Shown: positions 16,481-26,100, counted from the first letter of the stretch. The stretch is DNA of 64,000 bases from Bryobacteraceae bacterium (GCA_049516355.1 JBEKTF010000004.1:1931-65930); one strand, 5' to 3'. A program made the numbers and translations. The notes: generated from the letters alone by a model not told the origin.

Positions 16481-18136
16481 ATGGTGCGAAGGAACTCTGT
16501 GATGATGCGGCTATCGATCTTTTTCTCAACATTGCTGATTGCCGGAACTCTCTCCGCGCAGGTCTCGTTCGACCGGATCGTGAACGCCGGCAAGGAACCG
16601 CAGAACTGGCTCACCTATTCGGGAAACATGATGAGTCAGCGCTATAGTCCTCTGGCGCAGATCACTCCGCAGAATGTGAAGGACCTGGAGCAGAAGTGGG
16701 TCTTTCAGGCGCGCTCGCTTGAGAAGTTCGAGGCCACGCCGCTGGTTGTCGACGGCATCATGTATACGGTCCAGGCGCCCAACGATATTGTCGCTCTCGA
16801 TCCCGTCACCGGCCGCGTCTTCTGGACCTACTCGTATTCTCCCTCGCCGGCGTCGCGCCCCTGCTGCGGCCGCGTGAATCGTGGGGTTGCCGTGGTGGGC
16901 GACACGCTATTCATGGGGACCATCGATGCGCATCTGGTTGCGGTCGACGCCAAAAACGGCAGGCCCTTGTGGAATACCACGGTCGCCAAACCTGAAGCAG
17001 GCTATGCCATCACGCACGCACCACTCGTGATCAAAGACAAGGTGATCGTAGGAGTGGCGGGCGGTGAATTCGGCATCCGCGGCTTCATCGCCGCCTACGA
17101 CGTCAAGACGGGCAAGGAAGACTGGCGTTTCAACACCATCCCCGGCCCCGGCGAACCTGGACATGAAACCTGGGCGGGAGATTCCTGGAAGACCGGCGGC
17201 GCTTCGGTGTGGGTGACCGGCTCCTACGATCCCGCATTGAATTTGACCTATTGGGGAATCGGCAACGCGGGACCCGACTATAACGGCGATTTGCGGGCCG
17301 GCGACAATCTCTACAGCAGTTCTGTGGTTGCCCTCGATGCCGATACCGGCAAGATCAAATGGCATTATCAGTTTTCGCCGCACGATGAATTCGACTACGA
17401 CGCGGTGCAGGTTCCGGTGCTGGCCGACATCGTCTGGCAGGGCCAGATGCGCAAGGTGATGCTGTGGGCCAATCGCAACGGATTCTTTTACGTGCTCGAC
17501 CGTGCTACCGGCAAATTCCTTTTGGGCAAGCCGTTTGTCGAGGTGAACTGGGCCAGCGGTTTTGACGAAGCGGGACGCCCCATGCGCATTCCCGGCAAGG
17601 TTCCCACGCCCGAGGGGACGGTGATTTTCCCCGGTAATCAGGGTGGGACGAACTGGTATTCGCCTTCTTTCAGCCCTCGCACCGGGCTTTTCTACATCCC
17701 TTCGTGGGTGAATTATTCATCCGTGTATATCAAGGCCGATGCCGATTATGAGGAGGGAAAGCGTTTCGTCGGCACCTCGCCACGCTCCCTGATCGGCGGG
17801 GCCAACGGAGGCGCGGCGAAGATCAACACACGCAGAGAGGACGAAGGCTACGGCGCGGTGCGCGCGATCGACCCCATGACGGGCGACCGGAAGTGGGAGT
17901 TCAAGATGAACGACGTGACCGACGCCGGTATCATGACGACGGGTTCGGACCTCTTGTTTTCCGGCGGCCGCGAAGGTTATTTCTTTGCGCTCGATGCCCG
18001 CAACGGCCAACTGTTGTGGAGAGCCAATCTGGGCGGCACGGTGGCATCCGGCCCCATGAGTTATTCGGTGGCCGGCAAGCAATACATCGCGGTTTCAGCG
18101 GGGAACTCTTTGTTCGTTTACGGGCTACGGGAGTAA
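16481..18136 (+). CDS. PQQ-dependent dehydrogenase, methanol/ethanol family
   Basis: Signal peptide. QNWLTYSGNMMSQRYSPL N-terminal propeller motif, vicinal Cys pair (RPCCGR), and SPHDEFDYDAV catalytic-Asp region. Confidence 0.85.
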   Translation: MVRRNSVMMRLSIFFSTLLIAGTLSAQVSFDRIVNAGKEPQNWLTYSGNMMSQRYSPLAQITPQNVKDLEQKWVFQARSLEKFEATPLVVDGIMYTVQAPNDIVALDPVTGRVFWTYSYSPSPASRPCCGRVNRGVAVVGDTLFMGTIDAHLVAVDAKNGRPLWNTTVAKPEAGYAITHAPLVIKDKVIVGVAGGEFGIRGFIAAYDVKTGKEDWRFNTIPGPGEPGHETWAGDSWKTGGASVWVTGSYDPALNLTYWGIGNAGPDYNGDLRAGDNLYSSSVVALDADTGKIKWHYQFSPHDEFDYDAVQVPVLADIVWQGQMRKVMLWANRNGFFYVLDRATGKFLLGKPFVEVNWASGFDEAGRPMRIPGKVPTPEGTVIFPGNQGGTNWYSPSFSPRTGLFYIPSWVNYSSVYIKADADYEEGKRFVGTSPRSLIGGANGGAAKINTRREDEGYGAVRAIDPMTGDRKWEFKMNDVTDAGIMTTGSDLLFSGGREGYFFALDARNGQLLWRANLGGTVASGPMSYSVAGKQYIAVSAGNSLFVYGLRE

Positions 18137-18162
18137 ACGGCACCTGTGAAGACCTTAACGGG

Positions 18163-18795
18163 CTAGCGCGTCCGCTTCAGATCCCGCATCAGATTCGCCA
18201 TTTCCCGGCTGGCGTGCGAACCGAGCTCGTCGAGTCCGGCGATCACCCCTTGCCGGTCGTCCGCGGAGCGGTTCTGGCTGAGCTTCCGCTTGCCCTCGAT
18301 CCGCTCCACCGCAATCTCGACGCCCACGATGGCTTTGGTCATGCCTTCTATATAACCCGGAGGGGCGTCCGCCACCGACCATGGCGCCGCGAAACCGGCT
18401 TCCTGGGAATCCGTAAGCTCTTGAAGGTGCCGTATCAAAGAAAGTGTGTCGTCGAATAACCGCGCGGGTCCCGCTACGTGGACAGCCAGGTAATTCCAGG
18501 TGGGAACCACTTTGCCGTGCTCGCGCTTCGACGGATACCAGTTGGGCGTGACGTAGTGGTCCGGGCCGGAGAAGATTACCAGCACTTGTCCACCGGCCTT
18601 CAGCTGTTGCCACTGCGGATTGGCACGGGCCATATGGCAGCGCAATAGACCGGCGCTGGTATCGAGGAAGAGAGGCAGGTGTGTCGCTTCCGGACCTTCG
18701 GCGCCGTTCGTGACCAGAATGCCCAGGGGATGAGTCCGAATGAACGCATGCAGTACATCCAGACGCGTTTCCGCGAACAAATCCGGATTGTACAT
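18163..18795 (-). CDS. FMN-binding negative transcriptional regulator, PaiB family
   Basis: MYNPDLFAETRLDVLHAFIRTHPLGILVT is a PaiB-type N-terminus. 210 aa. Confidence 0.7.
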   Translation of the reverse strand: MYNPDLFAETRLDVLHAFIRTHPLGILVTNGAEGPEATHLPLFLDTSAGLLRCHMARANPQWQQLKAGGQVLVIFSGPDHYVTPNWYPSKREHGKVVPTWNYLAVHVAGPARLFDDTLSLIRHLQELTDSQEAGFAAPWSVADAPPGYIEGMTKAIVGVEIAVERIEGKRKLSQNRSADDRQGVIAGLDELGSHASREMANLMRDLKRTR

Positions 18796-18838
18796 GCGAT
18801 TGATTATGCCATGCGTACTTTCCCGCTCGGCCTGACGC

Positions 18839-20602
18839 TCAGACCAGCTTGTCCGGCCGCTTCACATAGCGATCGATCAGCGCATCGGCTGCTCTCAGCG
18901 CTGTCGCGAGAATGGTCAAAGTCGGATTTCCCGACCCGTTCTGCGGAAAACACGATCCGCCCATGACCCACAGATTCGGGACCTGCCAGTGCTGCAGGTA
19001 CTGATTCACTACGCTGGTCTCCGGCGACGAGCCCATAATGGCGCCGCCATTCACGTGCGTACTCTGATAAGGCATGACCGTGTAACGTTCCAGCAGACGT
19101 GAACTGACTTCGCCCGTGCGCACGTTCATCGCCTTCGCAATCTCTTTCTGAACGCCGGCGATCATGGCACCCTGCGCGCGCTCGTGATCGGTCCAGTCCA
19201 GCGTGAGGCGGACGAGCGGATCTCCATAGTGATCCGTGTAAGTGGGGTCGAGATCGAGATAATTCTGGTGGTAGGACAAGTGCTCCGCTTCGCTGGTGAT
19301 GGCGGTGGCGCGATCGTGCCACTCGATGCCTGCTTTCTTCCACTCCGCGCCCCACTCGCGCTTTGCCGAGCCCGGTGGAATCGCGCCGAAGGAAGCGATG
19401 GGTGGATCGCCGCCGCTCATCACGCGAATGTTGCCGCCGCGCAGCACTCCGGGATGCGATTCGAGTCCTTCTTTGCCGTCGAAATCGCTGATGCCGATGC
19501 CGAGACCGCCCGCACCCATGAATGCGTTGAGCGGTTTGTCGAAGAAGATGCGCGTGCTCTGCGTAACCTGGTGCGTGAGGTTGCGACCGAGCGTACCACT
19601 CTTGCCAGCTGGGCCTGCAACCGGGTCCCACGCCTGGCCCACTTTTGAGAGCAGCAGGAGCCGCACGCTGTTCAGGGTCCATCCGGCCACAATCGTGACG
19701 CCGGCGGGTTGAAGAAATTCCGTGCCCGCGGAATCGATGTAACGCACGCCTTCCGCTTTGCCGTCGCGATGAACGATGCGCCGCACCGAGCAGCCCGTCT
19801 TCAGCGTGAAATTCTTACGGTGCTCGAGGACGGGCATGAGCATGTTGGTGGGCTGGGCCTTGGCGCCGATCATGCATCCATAGCGCGTGCAGTAGCCGCA
19901 ATAGGCACAGCCGGCGCGCGTAATCCCGTCGGGATTGGTGTAAGTGCGGCTCAGCGTCGCGGTCGGAACCGGGTAAGGGTGGTAGCCCCGTTCACGCACG
20001 GCCTTTTCAAAGATGCTGCACGAATACGGCATCTTGTGCGGCGGGTTGGGATATTCGTGTGAGCGAGATCCCTCGAAAACGTTGCCCCCATCAACCTTAG
20101 TGCCGCCGAGATTGCCAGCGCGGCCACCCACGCCCATCAACTGCTCGGCCTTCCAGTAGTAAGGCTCGAGGTCATCGTAGGTAAAGCCCCAGTCCTGCGC
20201 GGCGAGGTGCTCGGGCAGGCGCTTTCCAAATCGTTCCTTCAGATGAGTGGCAAGGTGAAAATGCTCGGGATAAAACCGGTAGCAGACGCCACCCCAGTGT
20301 TCCGCAGCCCCGCCCACGCCGGTTCCAGGATTGAACGAGCCGTATTGGCGAATCGGCACCGCTGTCGCACGCGCGGTATGACGGTGCGTGGCCGTCTCCT
20401 GCGCGAGATTCTGCATCATGCGGTAGCGCAACGCGCGATCGACCTCATCCATGTCCGCGGCATAATCGGCCGTTTTGCGCGGCCCGCCGCGCTCCAGCAC
20501 AAGGACCGAAAGCGAAGTGCGCGCGGTGATCTCTTTGGCCAGCGTGAGGCCGACGAGGCCACCACCCGCGATAACAACGTCTACGGGTTTGTTTTGCTGC
20601 AT
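18839..20602 (-). CDS. GMC-family flavoprotein oxidoreductase (gluconate 2-dehydrogenase large-subunit-like), paralogue 1
   Basis: VDVVIAGGGLVGLTLA FAD motif. Cys cluster GCAYCGYCTRYGC. High similarity by eye (not calculated) to 21456-23207. Confidence 0.8.
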   Translation of the reverse strand: MQQNKPVDVVIAGGGLVGLTLAKEITARTSLSVLVLERGGPRKTADYAADMDEVDRALRYRMMQNLAQETATHRHTARATAVPIRQYGSFNPGTGVGGAAEHWGGVCYRFYPEHFHLATHLKERFGKRLPEHLAAQDWGFTYDDLEPYYWKAEQLMGVGGRAGNLGGTKVDGGNVFEGSRSHEYPNPPHKMPYSCSIFEKAVRERGYHPYPVPTATLSRTYTNPDGITRAGCAYCGYCTRYGCMIGAKAQPTNMLMPVLEHRKNFTLKTGCSVRRIVHRDGKAEGVRYIDSAGTEFLQPAGVTIVAGWTLNSVRLLLLSKVGQAWDPVAGPAGKSGTLGRNLTHQVTQSTRIFFDKPLNAFMGAGGLGIGISDFDGKEGLESHPGVLRGGNIRVMSGGDPPIASFGAIPPGSAKREWGAEWKKAGIEWHDRATAITSEAEHLSYHQNYLDLDPTYTDHYGDPLVRLTLDWTDHERAQGAMIAGVQKEIAKAMNVRTGEVSSRLLERYTVMPYQSTHVNGGAIMGSSPETSVVNQYLQHWQVPNLWVMGGSCFPQNGSGNPTLTILATALRAADALIDRYVKRPDKLV

Positions 20603-20715
20603 GGAAATACTCCCCTTCCTAAGTAACAGCCAGCAAAACGGAGCCTGCGTCGCGGCCGGAAACCAGGCGGTTCCTTTCGAGGATTGAGGGCCGCGACCGG
20701 CCCTTTGCGGGCTGG

Positions 20716-21381
20716 CTATTTTTCGTCTTCCCAGACTTCAGGCTTGCGGTGCGTGATCTGTTCCAGGCTAGCCGGCTTGGGCCGGAAAGCCGTGCCATAG
20801 TGTTTGTCGATCTCATCCCGGTAACTCATGCGAGGACCCGGGAAGCCGATGAGCTGCCACCCGATCAGATCCACGTTGCCACCGTGCGCCGGATCGCAGA
20901 ACATACCCTCGATCGTGTTGGTACGCAGCAACGTGAAGAACCGGAACTTTTCGATCGATTCGAGCTTCTTGTCCTGCTCTTCGGCGGACAGCGCCGCGAA
21001 ATTTTCACCCAGCGTCCGGATTCCCGCACGATAAATCTGTTGCGGATTTTCCTGCGCCTGATATCCATGCTCGGGGACCGATTCAATCCATGGGCCTTTT
21101 GCGTAACGGTACTTATCGTGGCCCCACGGCCCCGCAAGCTGGCGGTCGATATAAATCACCACGCCGGCTTCTTTCGCGCCGGGCCCTGTCTTATCGCTGG
21201 GGAAGATACGGTCGCACGCGGCTGAAATCGTCCGCGCCTCAGCCCCGGTGAAGAAGCGCAGCGGCACGTTCACGGTGCCGTTTTCCTGAGCCGTAAGCCG
21301 GAACGGTTCGCGCGCCAGCGTGTAGAGCAGGACGCCACCGAGGGCCTGCTGCGGGATGGTGAGAAATTCGCGGCGTTTCAT
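20716..21381 (-). CDS. gluconate 2-dehydrogenase subunit 3-family small subunit (Tat signal)
   Basis: MKRREFLTIPQQALGG twin-arginine leader. ~220 aa. Sits immediately upstream of GMC paralogue 1. Start moved to ATG 21381. Confidence 0.7.
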   Translation of the reverse strand: MKRREFLTIPQQALGGVLLYTLAREPFRLTAQENGTVNVPLRFFTGAEARTISAACDRIFPSDKTGPGAKEAGVVIYIDRQLAGPWGHDKYRYAKGPWIESVPEHGYQAQENPQQIYRAGIRTLGENFAALSAEEQDKKLESIEKFRFFTLLRTNTIEGMFCDPAHGGNVDLIGWQLIGFPGPRMSYRDEIDKHYGTAFRPKPASLEQITHRKPEVWEDEK

Positions 21382-21455
21382 CGTTTTTGTATCCCTTCGC
21401 CCGCCAATTATATATCCGAATGGGACTATAATTCGTGTAACCATCCTTCAAAACT

Positions 21456-23207
21456 ATGACGAACCTTAAACCCGTCGACGTGGCCATCATCGGAGGCGGC
21501 TGGACCGGCCTGACCATGGCCAAGGAACTGACCGGCGCCACCGGACTTTCGGTAGTCGTGCTGGAACGAGGCATTCCGCGCAAACTCGCCGACTATTCGC
21601 TCGGCATGGATGAGCTCGACTACGCGATCCGCATGCGTATGATGCAAAGTATCGCGGACGAGACGATCACGCACCGCCACTCGACGCGCGAGCGTGCCGC
21701 TCCCGTCCGGCAATACGGTTCGTTCCTTCCGGGATCCGGAGTCGGTGGCGCGGGCGAGCATTGGAACGGGGCTGCATGGCGATTTCTTCCCGATCAATTT
21801 ATCCTTCGCACGCATCTGAAGGAGAAGCACGGCGCCGCCAAGCTGCCCGAGGACCTTGCCGTCGAAGACTGGGGTGTCACGTACGAAGATCTGGAGCCCT
21901 ACTACTGGCGCGCAGAACAGATGATGGGCATCAGCGGCAAAGCCGGCAATCTGGGCGGCCGGATCGTTGAAGGCGGTAACCCTTTTGAAGGTCCGCGTCA
22001 GCACGAGTATCCGCTGCCGCCGCTCAGAAGTTCCTATCTTTCGACGCGCTACGAAGCGGGGGCGAAGAAGCTGGGGCTGCATCCTTATCCACAGCCAGCC
22101 GCTAACCTCAGTGCGGCTTACAAGAATCCCGACGGTATCTCCCGGGCGGGGTGCGCTTACTGCGGGTATTGCGAACGCTTCGGGTGTATGGTCGGAGCGA
22201 AAGCACAGCCGACGAATACATTGATGCCCGTCCTGCAGCACCGGAAGAACTTCGAACTCCGCACCAACAGCTGGGTTCGGCGCATTATTCACAAAGACGG
22301 CAAGGCGACAGGCGTCCAGTATACGGCGGCCAACGGAGATGAGTTCTTTCAACCCGCCGGCCTTGTGATCGTCTCCACATTCACGCTTAACAACACGCGG
22401 TTGCTGCTGCTCTCCGGTATCGGCACTCCCTACGATCCCGCCACGCGCAAAGGGACGCTCGGCCGCAACCTCACGCATCAGATCGAGAACACCACGCGAC
22501 TCTATTTCGACGAACCACTCAATTCGTTCATGGGCACCGGATCGCTCGCGATGCGGGTGTCCGATTTCGATGGCGACCACGGTCTGAAGGGCGACGAGGG
22601 CATTCTGCGCTTCGGCATGCTCAGTTGCCAGACGTCCGGCAGCCGCCCCATAGCTACCTTCGACGCCTTTCCGCGAGACGAGACCAGGAAAACCTGGGGA
22701 TCGGACTGGAAGGCCGCGGCGCTCAAGTGGCGCGATCGAACCGCGACCATCGCACTCTCGGCCGAGCACCTCTCGTACCGGCAGAACTACATGGATCTCG
22801 ACCCGACTTACACGGATAAATTCGGCGATCCGCTGCTCCGCTTCACGCTCGACTTCACGGAGCATGAGCACAAACAGCACGATTTCGCTGCCCAAACCGG
22901 CGCCAGGATCGCCCGAGCCATGGGCGTGAAGTATGACGAGGCGCGCCCCTCAACCGAACGATATAACGTAATCAACTACCAGAGCACGCATATACAGGGC
23001 GGAACCCCTATGGGCAAGTCGCCGGAGAGCAGCGTGGTGAATCCGCATCTGCAGCACTGGGACATGCCCAACCTTTTCGTGATGGGTGCTTCCGTTTTCC
23101 CGCAAAATCCGTCGCAGAACCCGACGCTGAGCGTGGTCGCGATGACTATGCGCGCCGCCGACACGATTGTGAAGAGCTATCTGAAGCATCCAGGCAAACT
23201 CGCCTGA
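21456..23207 (+). CDS. GMC-family flavoprotein oxidoreductase, paralogue 2
   Basis: VDVAIIGGGWTGLTMA FAD motif. GCAYCGYCERFGC Cys cluster. Collinear similarity to 18839-20602. Confidence 0.8.
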   Translation: MTNLKPVDVAIIGGGWTGLTMAKELTGATGLSVVVLERGIPRKLADYSLGMDELDYAIRMRMMQSIADETITHRHSTRERAAPVRQYGSFLPGSGVGGAGEHWNGAAWRFLPDQFILRTHLKEKHGAAKLPEDLAVEDWGVTYEDLEPYYWRAEQMMGISGKAGNLGGRIVEGGNPFEGPRQHEYPLPPLRSSYLSTRYEAGAKKLGLHPYPQPAANLSAAYKNPDGISRAGCAYCGYCERFGCMVGAKAQPTNTLMPVLQHRKNFELRTNSWVRRIIHKDGKATGVQYTAANGDEFFQPAGLVIVSTFTLNNTRLLLLSGIGTPYDPATRKGTLGRNLTHQIENTTRLYFDEPLNSFMGTGSLAMRVSDFDGDHGLKGDEGILRFGMLSCQTSGSRPIATFDAFPRDETRKTWGSDWKAAALKWRDRTATIALSAEHLSYRQNYMDLDPTYTDKFGDPLLRFTLDFTEHEHKQHDFAAQTGARIARAMGVKYDEARPSTERYNVINYQSTHIQGGTPMGKSPESSVVNPHLQHWDMPNLFVMGASVFPQNPSQNPTLSVVAMTMRAADTIVKSYLKHPGKLA

Positions 23208-23222
23208 TAATGGCCTCGGCGG

Positions 23223-24059
23223 CTATGGCGCCGGAGTGCCGGGATTCTGCTTCTGGCGCGCCCACTCTTTGCGGAAGGTATCGTCGCGCTCCGCGATATA
23301 GGCTTTGTAGCCATCCGGATCGATGAACGGATTCGCCACGCCGGCCTTCATCTTCTCGTACTTCGCCTTCAGGCCGAAGTACGCGCCGTGCGCGCCCAGG
23401 AAAACGTCGCAGGGGAGACTCTTCAGGACCGCGAAGGTCTTCACATAATCTTCCGCGATCCCCGGATAGTTCTTGTTGCCGACCAGAATATAGCCGGCGT
23501 TCACGTTCGGGCTGCCGATAATCACGACATTCAACGTGCGCGCCCCGTCTCTTACCTGCATCGTCCATGTCGTGCAACCTTTGGTATGGCCGGGCGTCAT
23601 GTGCGCCACCAGTTTTGAGCCGCCGAGTTCGACGGTGTCGTGATCGTGCAGCACGCGATCTACATGCGCTCCCGGACGGCCTGGCGCTGTGCTCTCCTCG
23701 GCGGGGACATCGGCATCCATCACCATCAGCTTCGCGCCGGTTTCCTTTTTGATCAGACCCGTTGCGGCGTCATGATCTCCATGTGCGTGGCTGATGAGGA
23801 TGATCTTCGTATCGCTGTATTTGAAGCCGAGTTGCTCGATGCTCTTCTTGATGAGGGGAACGTCTTCTTCGAAATCGGAGTTGATCAGAATGTTGCCCTG
23901 CGGCGTGTTGATCAGGTACACGGCCAGATCGGCCGTTCCGACGTAGTAAAGATTGCCTGCGACCTTAAACGCGGGAAACTCACGATGCCAATCGGGATTG
24001 CCTTGCGCCAGCGCAATGGCCGCGCAAGCGAAGAAAAAGAGGAGCGCTCGCCGCATCAA
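23223..24059 (-). CDS. subclass B3 metallo-beta-lactamase-like hydrolase
   Basis: Signal peptide. NLYYVGTADLAVYLINT. HAHGDHD (HxHxDH). TPGHTKGCTTW and LGAHG histidines, spaced as in the L1/FEZ-1/GOB type. Confidence 0.7.
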   Translation of the reverse strand: MMRRALLFFFACAAIALAQGNPDWHREFPAFKVAGNLYYVGTADLAVYLINTPQGNILINSDFEEDVPLIKKSIEQLGFKYSDTKIILISHAHGDHDAATGLIKKETGAKLMVMDADVPAEESTAPGRPGAHVDRVLHDHDTVELGGSKLVAHMTPGHTKGCTTWTMQVRDGARTLNVVIIGSPNVNAGYILVGNKNYPGIAEDYVKTFAVLKSLPCDVFLGAHGAYFGLKAKYEKMKAGVANPFIDPDGYKAYIAERDDTFRKEWARQKQNPGTPAP

Positions 24060-24101
24060 TTGTCCTTTCGACGGTTCCCGGCCATTATATTCGGATTTCC
24101 G

Positions 24102-25139
24102 TCAAGGCGGAGGAAAGCTGACCGCGACCGTCAGGTTTCCCACGGCTACCGGCGTACCATCCTTCAAGCCGGAGCGGAAACGCCACTGGCGAACCGCATC
24201 GAGCGCGTTTTCATCAAGGCCGTAACCCAATCCGCGCGCTACGGCGAGGTCCCGCGGATTACCCTCCGCATCGACTACGAGCGACACTAATACCATCCCC
24301 GAAATTCCGGCTTGCCGCGCCTCTTCCGTCCCGGATGGCTCGACCTTTTGAATCAATTGCGGTCTGGAGACGCCGCCACCGACGTGATACGTTCCATCCA
24401 CGGCAACGGAATCCCCCTCTGCGATTTCCGGACCCGGATCGAGGAAGGTGCCGGTCGGAACCACAAACCGGAAGGCATCTTCCGAAATCTCCGCATCCCT
24501 CTCGTACGAACTGAATGTGATCGTTCTGGTGAAGCGGGTATTGGAACCAGTCGTCCAGCTTTCCGTGCGATCGCGCAGGACCAACCTCCGTGCGGGTTCG
24601 ACGCACATGGTGCGTATGATGGTTGTCCCGGCCGAGGCGCTGGCGCCCCTCGATGCCGGAATCCAGTATTCGGCCCGGACCAAATCGCAGTCCCGCGAGA
24701 CGCCCTCAAACAGAATGTGGTCGCTGCCGGCAACGCTTGCGGACACCAGGTTGTCCAGCAAGTCGCCAAAGGCGGGTAGCTGTGACCTGCATGGGCTCAC
24801 CTCAACGGGGTGCCGGTAAAACCCCGTGCCCGGCTCGGAAAACGTCCAGTGGGCGGCGCCATCGCAGACCATGAGAGTTCGATTGTCACCAGTGGTCTCC
24901 CATCGCACGTGCGAGGGGTCGCGAAAAAATGCCTTGAACGTAATCTCCGTGTGCAGGTTCATGCCTTCGCCGGCCAGTTCGTCGGTTTCGACGCCTTCCG
25001 CATGCCAGGTTCGGGTCGCGCGCTCGGACGCCGCAATTTGTTCGAGTACCGCGTGGGGGGCGACCTTCGTTTGAGCGGAGCACAGCGCTGCCGACACGAC
25101 CAGAAAAGCAGCGGTCAGCTTGATATCGGCGGAAGACAT
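24102..25139 (-). CDS. secreted LolA-like domain fused to a TonB C-terminal domain
   Basis: Signal peptide. The C-terminal ~85 aa (GISGMVLVSLVVDAEGNPRDLAVARGLGYGLDENALDAVRQWRFRSG) are TonB_C-like. The N-terminal part resembles outer-membrane lipoprotein-sorting folds (tentative). Confidence 0.6.
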   Translation of the reverse strand: MSSADIKLTAAFLVVSAALCSAQTKVAPHAVLEQIAASERATRTWHAEGVETDELAGEGMNLHTEITFKAFFRDPSHVRWETTGDNRTLMVCDGAAHWTFSEPGTGFYRHPVEVSPCRSQLPAFGDLLDNLVSASVAGSDHILFEGVSRDCDLVRAEYWIPASRGASASAGTTIIRTMCVEPARRLVLRDRTESWTTGSNTRFTRTITFSSYERDAEISEDAFRFVVPTGTFLDPGPEIAEGDSVAVDGTYHVGGGVSRPQLIQKVEPSGTEEARQAGISGMVLVSLVVDAEGNPRDLAVARGLGYGLDENALDAVRQWRFRSGLKDGTPVAVGNLTVAVSFPPP

Positions 25140-25210
25140 GCTCTGCCGGAGGATGCTATCACAATCCGTACTCCTGGATCGTCAAAGCAGCCGTGCCACA
25201 CTGTCCCTTC

Positions 25211-26068
25211 ATGGGAATCTTCGGCGCAATCGAGGCCGGCGGCACCAAGTTTGTCTGCGGCGTCGGAACAGGCCCGGACGATATTGTCACTACAGAAATC
25301 CCTGCCACTTCGCCCGCAGCGACCATCGCGGAAACGGTCTCATGGTTATCCGCTCAATCGTCAAGCGAAAAATTCGGCGCGATAGGGATTGGTTCGTTTG
25401 GGCCGGTCGACCTGAATCCGGATTCCCCTTCGTGGGGCTATATCACTTCCACACCGAAAGCTGCCTGGCGAAATTTCGATCTCGCGGGAGCGATTCGCAT
25501 GGCGCTCGGCGTGCCGGTTCGCTTCGACACGGATGTGAACGCGGCGGTGCTTGGGGAAGCGCGGTGGGGCGCGGCCCGGGATATCGCGAATTGTCTCTAC
25601 CTCACGGTCGGCACCGGAATCGGCGGAGGCGCGATTGTGTCCGGACGCCTTCTGCATGGGTTGACACATCCGGAAATGGGTCACGTCCGTATTCCGCACG
25701 ACTATGCGGCAGATCCGTTCACTGGCGCTTGTCCGTATCACGGCGATTGTTTGGAGGGACTCGCATCGGGTCCGGCGATCCAGGCGCGGTGGGGCGTCAA
25801 GCCGGAAGAACTGACACCCGATCATCCGGCCTGGGTGCTTGAAGCGAAGTATCTGGCTTATGGGATTGCGAATTATGTCTGCACGCTTTCACCGGAGCGA
25901 ATTCTGCTGGGCGGCGGCGTGATGCGACAATCGGGGCTCTATCGGGCGGTCAACGCGGAACTCGAACAGGTCCTGGGCGGTTACGTTTCGAAAATACCTT
26001 TGGCGATACCGCCACAATTGGGCGGCCTTGCGGGGGTGCTGGGAGCGCTGGCGCTCGCGATGGCTTAA
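25211..26068 (+). CDS. ROK-family sugar kinase (fructokinase GmuE/Mak-like)
   Basis: GIFGAIEAGGTKFVCGVG ATP-binding start. GTGIGGG. Zn motif HPEMGH..CPYHGDCLEG. Confidence 0.8.
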   Translation: MGIFGAIEAGGTKFVCGVGTGPDDIVTTEIPATSPAATIAETVSWLSAQSSSEKFGAIGIGSFGPVDLNPDSPSWGYITSTPKAAWRNFDLAGAIRMALGVPVRFDTDVNAAVLGEARWGAARDIANCLYLTVGTGIGGGAIVSGRLLHGLTHPEMGHVRIPHDYAADPFTGACPYHGDCLEGLASGPAIQARWGVKPEELTPDHPAWVLEAKYLAYGIANYVCTLSPERILLGGGVMRQSGLYRAVNAELEQVLGGYVSKIPLAIPPQLGGLAGVLGALALAMA

Positions 26069-26100
26069 CACGATGATGAAAAAGTCCCTCACACGAGAAA

